Source of the DNA: Marsupella aquatica | Taxonomy: Eukaryota > Plantae > Marchantiophyta | NCBI GenBank assembly: GCA_973895155.1 | Contig: OZ316892.1 | Span: forward strand, 15,740,861-15,804,860 | Length of the DNA: 64,000 nucleotides | Direction of reading: 5' to 3' | In this document: positions 14,367 through 25,860 of the stretch, one piece after another | How positions within the stretch are numbered: the first letter of the stretch is position 1 | Layout: each line of letters begins with the position of its first letter | Position numbers and translations under genes: made by a program | The notes under the pieces: model-generated | Seen by the model: the letters and a program-made list of their open reading frames with translations, nothing else | Told to the model about the DNA's origin: nothing | Database searches by the model: none

Positions 14367-15328
14367 ACCCCCTAAAATGTAAGAAAAAATTTCCTTTTTA
14401 AACCCCTATAAAGTTGGAATATTCCAAAATTTTGGTCAGATGACCCTATTATTCTTATAAGTTTCAAAAATTGGATTTAAAGACCCTATTGTTCCTCTGC
14501 AAAAAAATTTAAGTTTTCACTTTGAACCAATAAAATGATCCTATCCTTCGTGGCACGTGATGTGCCATTTTTGTGAAAATGAAACCCCCGAGAGTGGTAT
14601 GTGTCATCTGAAATCATGTTTAGTGTACCGTGACTTTACCTGGGAATTTGAGGTTCATGGGTGCAGGATGGTTCAGGTCCAGGTTCTAGACCCTCAAGGT
14701 TTGTTACATTGTGCATCAGGTGATCAAATTGCAGTGGCTGCAACAGATCCAAAGATCATCAAACCTGGTACAACTACCATTGAGAGTAAGTATTTGTTGG
14801 TTTGAATCCTCTGTCTGGCCTATTAATGTGGTTGAGTATCTATGTGATGTACGTTCAATTAGTGCAAACTTGATGGTTTGTTGAGAGCTTTAGTGCAAAT
14901 ATGCTTAGTTGTTAATGAAGGAATTTGTGGCTGCTATTGAGGTACAGAGCCAGCACAGGAGGAGGTGCGCATGCCAAATCCAACAGGCAGGAAGAGGAGA
15001 CAAAACTTGGAGGCTACCAAATTTTCAGATTCACAAGAGAAGTAGAGTGATGAGAATGATGTGGTTTTCATAGACTCTCAGCCTCCCCCAGGTATTGGAG
15101 ATGAGTTTTCTCAATCCCCACCACTGGTGAACATGGGAAAGATGAGGACCAGAAACAGTGGGAAGGAGACTTTGCCTTACAAGGCACCAAAGAAGAAGAG
15201 GAATATTAATTCTCCAAAAGGGACAGCAGTGACCACTGTAGCACAGTCTTCTAGGCTAATGGCAACTGATAATTCTGGTGTTTGTGTTGGGATCGACATA
15301 CTTCAAATTGAAGCAAGTACTTTCCATG

Positions 15329-18300
15329 GAGGTGTTTACAAAAGGCAGGAAAACAGGAAACAAGCATTCATAACAGAAATTGATAACAGGGAAAAAGACT
15401 GGTAACAGGAAAATTGATGGCTCTTTCTTGCATGTTTTTCTGCAAAGTTACTTTTGAAAAAACAATTCTGGTAGCACCCGGCGCTGGTAAAAATAGCGCC
15501 AAAGGCGATGTTTTTTAAAAAGACACCAAAAAAACAAACAGGAGTAAATATAAGAAACTCGTAGCGGTAGGAACTCTCCACAATTATTGCTAGCGCTGGG
15601 CGCTGTGAAGAGTCTATAATTTGTACCAGTTGCACTCTCGGAGGATATTTAATGAAGGGGGTTATGAAACGTTCGATCTCGGAATGATATATATTTAACT
15701 CAATTATAATTAACCAAAACCTTTCAGTAGCGCCTGGCGCTACTCCCGGCGCTACTACAGTAATCCCACTAGACAACCATTGTCTATTCCAGCCTCCTCC
15801 CGATCAGGGTCTTTCCAGAAGCCATCTAGCTGCAAAGATCCATGACTGTTCCCGCAAGTTCACCTAATACCACAAAATTAGACGGAAAAAAAAACATTTA
15901 TGCAACCACAGCCTGCAAAGAATCCAAACCAAAGAACCCTTAGAAAATTGGGAAGCGCCCGATGCTAGCCAATATTGCACCTGAGAACACGTCTTCACAA
16001 CTCAAACTTCAAGAATCTGAAATGAAAATATAATAGTGACAGTATGTTTGAGGAGCGCCTGGCGCTAATAAAACTTGAAAGGGCTTAAAATCAGCCAATT
16101 CATCAAGATGGTTACATATTGAAACATTAAATGACGTATTTGAAGAAAACCCCATTGCTACCTATAAAGTATCAGATGTTTCTGATGCGGAGCTTTCAAA
16201 TCTGTCTGTGGACTCGGCTTCGTCATCAATGTACTTGCTTCGGGAAACATCATCTATATAAGGGTTCCTCATGAACTTCCTGTCTGCTCCCCTCTAAAGA
16301 TGTAGACCTTTTGTTTCCCAACAAAGTGTTCTAATTTTGTCAACCCTCCTAGCAGCATTTTCAGCGTATGAGGGCAAAACAAACGCTTCTCAGGAGTGAC
16401 AATTACATTCCTAGCTAGTCTCCTTCGGAGTTGGAAACGCTTCCTCAGATTCCATTCTGACCTGATCCAGTAAAACGGAAAAAAAATATAAGTATAGGGG
16501 ATAAGAGAGCAAGAACCCAGAATTGTCAACAACACTTGAAATTAAGGATAAAGAAGCTTACTGGGAGAACATTACTCGTCTGAGTCTTCGCTCTTCTCCG
16601 AAGAATCTTCCTCCTGGGTTTTCTCTGTGTCATCTCTGACGTCTCCAGAGGTACCTTCCTCTTCATTGGAATCAAAGTTGAGAATAGAGCGGAGCCTATC
16701 TTTCTTTTTGCGACCACTTAAATTGGTCGCGGGAGGAGGCAATATCGGAACATGCTTGGGATCAAGAAGTTCTAAGAAAACCCTTGATGCAGTCTCAACA
16801 AACTCACGCCTATTTTCCAACCCAATCACGAAATGACCAGAAAAATCACCAGCAATGAATATGCTTCCTGAACCTACAGTCCAGTCAAGGACAATATCTC
16901 CAAGAAGAGTAAAAAGCTCTATCACCAACTGCATAAAACCAACCAAAAGACAGGTGTTCCCAGCAAAATCCAACTCCGGGCAATGATCTGTCTTCAAGGT
17001 TGGGAGCCCAATCAAGTTAGAGATCGAAGGATCTTCACTTATTGATAGAGGCTTAAACCTTGGATCCTTTGGTACCTTTCCCTTTAAAGAAGTTCAACAA
17101 AATATGTCTAGCCTAAGGGTAAATACCTACACGCATCGCACACGTTTGGCTAAAATTATCAATCGACGGGTAATGTTTCGAGAACTACAACAAAGACTAA
17201 ATTAGCGTCGGGTGCTAACAATAAACAAGAGATGGAATGATCTGTACTTGAATATCGGTCTTTGCTCTGTACATGGGCATAGACATGATGACATTGTGAG
17301 AATTGACAGAATGGAACTTTTTTGACTGCTGGCATGCTAAAATGACCTGCGAGACCTGGTCATGGTCATCTAAATACAAGATTGCAAGCATGCCATCATC
17401 AGAAAGGAAAGGGTCCATCGCTTTGAAGAAAGAACTGGGAACTGTGTGGTCTAGTACATTCCACTTTGGAACCCGACGGTCCATGAGCGTAGGTTTAAGC
17501 CCAGTAGGAAGATAGATGAATCCTGCATTGACACCAAACGATCTTTCTTTTCCTCCTCTGATTACTCCCTTTTCTCGAGAACCCGACTTGATTAAGTCCT
17601 TTCCCCATTTCTCTGCATCAGTCACCCAATCTGGTTTTGCTGCTTTGTTGAAAGCAGTATCAATAAATTCTTGGATACTTGTTTCCACCATGCAATGCCT
17701 AGAAGATTTACTCTTGAAGGTTCCCACATCTCTCCGAACACCAGTTCCAGCGGCATCATCTCGGGAAGATTCTCCAGCTTGAATTGCCCTTTTCTTCTTC
17801 TTCTTTGTACTAGTTGCATCAAGAGGGACGATCTCTTTTGCTTTATCAATTGGAGTTACTGGGTCTGATTGGGCACCGGTATTGGCTTCGGAAGGCTCTG
17901 GAGTGGCATCTACTTTTGTTTCATTGGTTGCAGCGTCAGACTTTCTCCCACCTAAAGGAAAAAGAACAGAATTTATTTAATGCCGAATAATAGCGCCAGG
18001 CGCTGTCCAAACCAATTGAAAAAACAAACCAATAGACATAGTCATATAGCAGCGCCTGGCGCTAACCAAAATGTGAAGCTACAAGCTGAATGACAACTTA
18101 CATTTTTTGGCGGACCGCGTTGAGGTACTCAGTGCCGAAGCTTTGGTTTTTGCTTTGGCTCTGGGTTTGCGACTTCGATCAACATTAACAACCATAGTTT
18201 TGCACACCATTTGCAATTCTACCGCCGACTTGCTCACATCACCTTTGATTCCCTGCTTCATGTCGGACACAAACTTGGGAGGGACCTGAGACTTCGAAAG

Positions 18301-20117
18301 CTTATGAAATACATCTTTCTCAGTGTCTTCGAATGGAGAGTCCCGTCTATCGGTGTCCAAATACCATGGACAATGAATTCTCTCCCATTCTGATAGTTTC
18401 CTTGGTGAAAGACACCCTTCAGCGGGATACATTGAATACACGTCGGCCAGTATGTCTCCTTCAGGAACAATGATCCACTTTTGGAAAGCAGCAGGGTATG
18501 CCCAAAAGTAATCTGGCTTCACAATCTCCATATGCATGAAGAAACGGTATAGGTATCGTTTGGCCCTCTTTTGATTCTTGAGGGTGTAGTCAGCCTTGTC
18601 GGGATACTTGGAAGGCCACATTGTATTAAAAAACTTGTCTTTCACAGCGTCCCCGAATTTCTTGAAATCATTTGAGACTATTTCAATAAGCGATTCAATC
18701 AACTCACACTCCCACTCTTGCAACCAATTGGCGGGGACTATATCACTGACCTGGCGTAGGGAGGTTTGCAGCAAACCAATAGCGATTCCCTCCATAGTGT
18801 TCCAAGTTTGCCAGGTATGGCACCATTGCTTCACTGGATTGTCATTAACGCTCTATGGATGGAAGAATTGTTTCCTCAGCTCCGGTGTACAATGGGCAAC
18901 CAGAAGGGTACTCCTCAGCTTGGGGTCGAGGGTAGAGACAGCGGTAAACAATCTTGCTCGATCCATTGTACAAACAACTGCATCCGGCTTCTTCTCTCTC
19001 TTATTCTTCTCTATGAGGGGGTACATCTCGGCACATGTCCACATGAAATCCTTAAAAGTGGGGCTTAACAAAGGAGTTATTTTGGATACCTTTATAGCCC
19101 AATCCTTTGTTGCCTCCTTCATCATCACTGCATGTCTTTTTGAAATCTCTTTGGGAGACCAAGGTGTACACTGAGCGGCAGCATGTTCCAGATTCATCTT
19201 AAACTGTCGAGAATAAGACTTGATCTTATTCTCACACAAGATGTACAGAAGCGCTTCTTGAGGCATTTTTTTCGTATACCATGACCCCTTCCGTGTTTTC
19301 TGCATGATTTGTCCAAACTTCTTGAAGTTTGCAGCATCAATGATGGACTTGTAGTAATCAAGTTCATTCAAGAGAATTTGGTTGATATAGTCTACGTCAA
19401 GTATCCAAGAGGGTTTGACCACTGCCAGCCCAAGCCTGAAAACGAGAGAGGGAGTCAGTAGCACCCAACGCTAGTGAAACACTGTGATCATAGATTAGAA
19501 TAGAAATATGTATGAAGAGACACTTACTGGTTAACAGTGTGCATCGCCGCCTCAATCTCGATCAAGGACCCCTTTTCTCCCTTGAATATTGTGCTTTGGA
19601 CGCGAGGATGGTATTTCACATCATCCGGATTCTCCCTCGTGACGATGGACCATGCGTAGAGTCGATGGTTTCCATCAAACACAGAAAACATCTTATCTTG
19701 CAAAACTGCAAAGTCAGGGTCTGCAACACATTCTGCCTCAAACTTTTTGTTCTCTGCAACCCAAATTGCATCCCAAGAAGCACGAATCTCTGGCGTGCAG
19801 ATCTGGACTTCTCCATTGGAATCTGTTGGTTGGATGTAAAACAACATGTCGATCTTAGAATTGTATCCTATGCTCTGAAAGGAGTCTTTCAGCTTCTCTA
19901 TCGAAGGACTTCCCTTCTATAATGTTCGTACTACTTCCATATGAAGTAGTCGGCACATTGGAATCCTTGGCGGATCCTTGTCATGTCCTCTGAAATATTT
20001 CCCAAACGACATAATGTGTTTAGAGATCACATCATAAACTGTAAGCGACGTCTCTCCGAAGTCCTCCATAGCAAACGAATCAGAATCATCCATCTTCCCT
20101 CTCTTGCTCTTCGGGAA
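15329..20117 (-). mobile_element. Partial MULE copy C (ParB-MTase side)
   Basis: Start GAGGTGTTTACAAAAGGCAGGAAAACAGGAAA resembles the reverse complement of the 43354 end. Contains palindrome copies and a gene homologous to 33160-36973. Truncated at 20117 against an integrase fragment. Confidence 0.75.
16162..20117 (-). pseudogene. ParB/Srx-like domain plus beta-class amino-DNA-methyltransferase-like fusion, copy C (5 exons, 5-prime truncated)
   Basis: FSVFDGNHRLYAW...MHTVNQ (ParB-like). GVNAGFIYLPTG, FFKAMDPFLSDDGMLAIL and GFMQLVIELFTLLGDIVLDWTVGSGSIFIAGDFSGHFVIGLE (MTase motifs in IV...X-I-II order). Confidence 0.75.
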
Positions 20118-20737
20118 TGATACATCGCAAGACTACACCTTACAACCCCAGGGCTAATGGATTGACTGAACGAGCAAATGGACTAATGGGAAAAATCTTA
20201 AACAAAATGGTGGAAGCACATAAGACTGATTGGGATATCAAACTCCACTCAGCATTATGGGCCTATAGAACAGCAGAAAAGATTACAACTTTGAGGACTC
20301 CATTCTATTTAAACTTTTGGTTTGGATAGTATTGTACCCATCGAATTTGAAATCCCTACTGAGAGAATTCTCATTGATAAAAAATGGCAGAATCTGAAAG
20401 TCTTCAGATAAGGTTGGACAAACTAGATGAACTAGAAGAACACCGACTCTTGGCTTTGGATCATACCACTATTCAGCAAAGTAAACGGAAAACAGCATAT
20501 GACAGCAAATTAAAAACCCCTGTTCTTCAACAAGGTGATTTAGCCCTGGTTTATGATTCTCGTTATATGTTCTTCCCGGGGAAACTCCATACTCATTGGA
20601 TTGGACCATATAGAGTTGTAAAAGTATGGCCCAATGGATCATTATCCTTGGAAACTCTAAATGGAGAACCCCTTGATACTCGAATAAATGGTTTCCAAGT
20701 GAAGAAATACTACTTACCACACTCTAATGGCTTGTGA
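20118..20737 (+). pseudogene. Ty3/Gypsy integrase C-terminal fragment
   Basis: HRKTTPYNPRANGLTERANG, WDIKLHSALWAYRT and PGKLHTHWIGPY; homologous to the pol end at 58051-58750. Confidence 0.92.
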
Positions 20738-20766
20738 GGGCACGGCGCCACTTGAGGAGGGGGCTA

Positions 20767-23700
20767 TGTAAGTAGTGAGTAATTCCAAAAGTATAAAGAA
20801 ACTGGGAATTTTTAAAAAAATTTGAGGTATTTAAACTATGTTTACTGCTAACCGTAGAGTAAACTGCATTCCGACTAAACTCTGACAATTTACAAGTCGC
20901 TAGGTAAACTTCTTATGAGTTTACTAGTTTACTAGATTATGGGTTTACGAGTTGAGTCTGATTACGGGTTTACGAGTTGAGTCTGATTACGGGTTTACGG
21001 GTTGACGAGTATCGACCACGAGTGTAATTACTGGATTACGGGCTTACGAGTTGATGACTTACGAGTTAAGGGTTACGAGTGCGCGGTGTGCGGAGGAGCC
21101 TTACGATTGCGACGTCTTATGGCTATCTCAACGGACCTTTCTACGGGTTGGGAGTATGCGACGAGAGCAGCTGAAGCGCAATAGAGAAACGCGCCTTGTT
21201 AAGATCTCTTCTGCCTCTATCTTATTCCACGATCTTAGTAGCAACTCGAGCAGCAAGAACATCCGGAGAACCAGCTATGGCAGACCTCGGAGCTGATGAG
21301 CAGTACCACGTTGAATCCCTGGTGTTTCCCAAGGCAGTGTTGGTCCGAATCCCACAGGCGCCCGATAGCTACGCCAATTTAAGGATGACGCTACAGCAGC
21401 TGGGGTTAGAACTCCTCTTGCATATACCATGGAATGTGGAGTTAGACACATACTTGCAAGATTTTGTCAAAGGCACTACTATTTCCCCTGAATTCCATCA
21501 AACAATCCGAGCTCGACCAAGTCTGTGGACAGTAGAACAGATTTCTTTTGCCTTCGGTTGCTCATCAGAAGGATCGGCATTGTATTCCAAGAAGAAGGAC
21601 TTGTCATCTCCTTACTTCTCTGGAATCAGAAACCTCGCAAATGGATGGAATCTGACTCAGTGCAATTACCCTGATCTGAGAATTCTTTTGGAATTTCTAG
21701 TACCCATTCTCCATCCGAAAAAGCCAACTATCTGCCCTGTGTCCTTGGCTAACACTATTGTAGTTGCTCACAGTGGAGTTATAAAAGTAAATTGGGCCCT
21801 ACTTTTATTTAACGTTATGAAAGATCAAGTGAGGAGCTTGAAAGCAGGGAGGACTACTTACTTACAACATTATCTCTCTCAACTCTATTATACCTATGAC
21901 TGTTTACATTTCGAGGAGAGAACAGAAAGGGGATTACTTCTGATCGAGATGGGCATTGAGGAAGAAATCGATGTGGAAGAACCAGTGGATGCCATTTCCC
22001 TGAAATCCAATAACGAGGATATTGATATGGATATAGAAAATGTATCTGTAGGAGATCTTGAAGCTTTGCCTGAACACAACTTGGAGTTAGTCCAACACCC
22101 TCTGAATAACCAAGTGTACTCACGAGAAGTCAGCATGGGAGAACAACCTGCAGCTGAAGAAGGTGAAGAGGATGAAGACCTCTTTGAGCAACAAGAGCAT
22201 ATTGCGGAACCAACAATTGTTGTCATCCTAAGGACCAACTCGCCCACTCCTTCGAAAGCAGAATCAAATTAGCAACTTATTGATAAGTTGATATCTCTTC
22301 TCAGTTGCAGTGATGATGGACTCTATGATGCTGTTAATGATTTAAGAATGGAAGCTGTCAGCTTGAAGTCACCATTCCCTGACCAGTTAAGCCCTATCAG
22401 GATGATCTCCCCCCCAGGAGAATCAACACCAATGGAATATGTGACTTTCACCCTTGCTACTCAACAGGTCCCTCTTCTAAAATCAAGTGACCTTGTTCCA
22501 GTGACAGAAGGTATCAGCTGTGCAACTATCGTAGATGATCTACTAGAGATACTACAGTGTGAACCTCGACACATAACATCTATGGTCAGAAACTTAGTGT
22601 AGCAATGTCCAACTAGTACACCTTCTCTTAGTCCAAGTTCCCACCCTTACAGTCCTGATTCCAACTACGAACCCACAGAAGGACCGCTCTACAATCAGCC
22701 ACAGTATGAGCATCCTTACGTTCGAGAGGATCTACCTGAAGATTCTGATCCACCCTCTGATTTTAATTCCATTCGATCTTATGATAACTCCTTAACACCG
22801 TCACCAAGGCAGGGATTTGAAGATGTTGATACTGCCTTAAGATCCAATCCAAACTTAGTAGCAGTTATCACCTCGTCTACTCAGACCCCCCGGAATGCTG
22901 TTATCGAGAACAAATACCCGAGACCCCCCGAATTCCAAGTACGCAGGTATGTGGAGACCTGTAAGATTATGCAGGCCAATAGACCACCGGTTGGAGAGTT
23001 CTGGAGATATTATTATATCAAGAAGACGGAGGCCAGTTATATCTTGGACATCAGGTGTTTTGGGACTTCCAGGGTGGAGATGGCACAATTTGATGAGTTC
23101 TGGACTGACTCTCTCTACTTCCGACCTACTCTTGCTATGATGCTACTTCAAGGTGATGTAGAGGTAGAGGATCCAGATTTGGTTTTGGCATACTTCGGAA
23201 ACTTTGCAACCTATGCCCTGGATTTTGTGGTTTCTTTCCTGATGTAGAGTAAGAAGTCTACTGCTCTACAACATGATTACATTCCTCAAGAGCCCAAAGT
23301 TACCCTTGTTTCAACCAGTTCATTGGCTAAGAAACAGAGGATTTGGAATAATGTCACCACTCAGACCTTGACACACTTCAACCGGTACTTCAGAGATGTC
23401 AGATGGAGACTTCGACCTTTCTATTCAAGGATGATGAATAGTGATGAGTTCCTGTATCATTATCCCCAAGTATATGCTGCTACCTGCAACAACTATGATG
23501 TGATCAAAATGTACAGAGAAGCTCTTCGTATAGATTCATGTTATTTGATGAAGAGAATGCCTTTGATGTATCCTGAGAGACAACTGAGATGCCTACCTTA
23601 CTCCAGAGGATCCCCACGCCAAGCTGAGCTGATAGAGGTTACCCAAAATCGAACTATTACCCTTGTGGAGCTACTCGAACCAGAGGACATCCGACAACAA

Positions 23701-24132
23701 GCTTGAAGAAGTCTTAAGTGTTTTTAGTTAGTTTTTAGAGTAGTGCATCTCATCTGATTTTTATAAAAGCGTTCTAGAGCTTTGGAAGCTGTCATACTTC
23801 TTTAGTGTATAGTCTGTACCTAGCAAAACCTCCTGGCAAAATCTCAGAGTTTTCTGACTTATAGTTAGGAAGTTAAAAATAGTTGAATTCATCAAATCTT
23901 TACTTTACCGCGATTACGAGTTACGAGTCAATGACCTTACGAGTTTACGACTTTACGTTTTTATGAGTTTACTAGTTTACGAGTATAAGTCATTTACTAG
24001 TTACTAGTTTACGAGTTCACACTTAGTCATTTTTCCGACTTTTCACTCACAGTTTTGTAGTTTTAAAATTTTGAGGGGTATGAAGAGGCATGTCTCTTCG
24101 ACCCTGTGACCTCTCACTCGGTAGATTTTTAC
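20767..24132 (+). mobile_element. Putative long 3-prime LTR, left part; interrupted by MULE A and resuming at 37315
   Basis: Polypurine tract GAGGAGGGGGCTA lies directly after the integrase and is followed by TGTAAG at 20767. TTACGAG/TTACGGG-rich repeats at 20940-21080 and 23910-24020. Confidence 0.6.
21277..23706 (+). pseudogene. Retrotransposon accessory ORF (~810 codons, several in-frame stops)
   Basis: Track ORFs starting at 21196, 22288, 22951 and 23323 are all in one frame. The N-terminal part (LLHIPWN..DFVK..IRAR..FG..NGW..C..LEF) aligns with the ORF at 54972-57575. Confidence 0.7.
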
Positions 24133-24171
24133 GGGTATAACCACCGTGCTAGCAAATAGTAAATAGATATT

Positions 24172-24325
24172 CTCATACGAGCCAATTTTGCCTCGTACAA
24201 GCAAAATTTTGTTTCGTACAAGTAAACAAGTTCCTCGTATGAGCATATCTATTTACTCGTACGAGTTTCTATTTTCTTGTATGAGTTTCTGTTTTCTTGT
24301 ATGAGTATTTTTTTTCTTGTATGCA
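24172..24325. repeat. Subterminal array of 10-bp CTYGTAYRAG quasi-palindromes, 20-22 bp period
   Basis: Units at 24172, 24192, 24213, 24234, 24256, 24276, 24296 and 24316. Confidence 0.8.
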
Positions 24326-25860
24326 TTTTAGTTTCTTCTCTTCACGGTATGTAGCGTCCATATATGCAATAATTGTGTGGACAATATTATGGTGGGTCCC
24401 ACCATTGTACAACATTAGAGGAAATTTCTCGACGATTTCACACAAGGACTCCAATATATTGCCACGAAATATGAAGTCAAAACAAAGTCATACAATACTA
24501 GCGCCTGGCGCTAGTATAGTATTATACAAAAAAACAACACTTTAAGAACTCACACTTCTGCCCGTTAGAAAAGACAAACTACAATTGTAGCTGTTCAACG
24601 ATCAAGCAACAGTCTACGTTCTCGTTCCCAACTGCCTATCAAGTATGTAACGGACTTCTCCCAACGTTAGAATTGGCTGGCTACATAATGTCGATTCGAG
24701 CACATCCAGTTTGAACACATTCTTGAACACCCAATACACATGTTTGCAAGGCATGTAAGGCTTCCGATAAGTATGTCGACGGTAGAAATCCTCGCAAGAG
24801 CAACATGGGAAACAACATATCTGAACCCAATAAGAGGCGACTGATCTCTCATGTTCATGGGTCCGGATACAAAACTGTTTCCCCGATGCATTTCCACTCG
24901 TGATCACTCTCTCTCCAATGACGCTCATCACTTCTTTTTCAGAGGCTTCAATTCTCTTCAAATGCGTTTGGGTAAGATGCACTCTTTGCAAGCATTTCTT
25001 CCCGTTCCTTGAAGCGCACCTCACAGATGGGTCAGTTAGGTTGATCCTCTCCGGGAAAAGATTGACATCAATCCGTAATGCAGAAGGCAATGGTGCTTCG
25101 ATTTCATCTCCACGGCCTTCGGAGAGAATAAGTCCTTGTTCTTTCAAAAATTGAATCTTTGCTCCAGAAAGATTGGTCCCTCTGGCAATTGGGAGATGTG
25201 AAGGAACATTGGGAATGTTCGGGACTCCTCTCCTTGTTGTGCTTCGGTGACAGTGGTTGTTGGGGCAAAACCATATCTGATCGTTATAAGGTTGCCCCCT
25301 GAACATTCTGCATCCTCTCACGGAAATTGCAACAACACCATCTGGATTCGGAAGACCAACCTTCTTTACTCGATTTTGACATTCATCACGACTACCTCCC
25401 CGTCCAAGGGTTCCGTTACACACTGGACCCGCACCCCGTTTTGAGGTCCGACGCAACTGCCAGGCACCGGGAGGTACTTCACTTTCCATTGGGGAAACTG
25501 AATGACAATATGCAGTCTCGACAGGTCTTGCAGGCGTCACTGGTGGGACAGAGGATCTCGTTGCTCGACGCGTAGGTGTGTCAATGACCACAACTTCCTC
25601 AGAAGCATCGCTTTCTGACAAATTATGGACCGCATCAATTCCACCGGCTGAAGGCGTAGAAGGCATTTTCTCGAAATCAGTGGAATGCAGGTTTCTCCTT
25701 TTCAAACCTTTTGTATTTGGTGAAGTAACAAGGATGGTATCATGCCTGTGCGAGTCTTCTGTCGAGACGTTCCCAGTTGCATGTCCTTTTTGTTTCACCG
25801 ATCGAGTTACAACATCACCATTCCATGGAATGCTTCTTTCCAAATCAAACTCAGCAGCGT

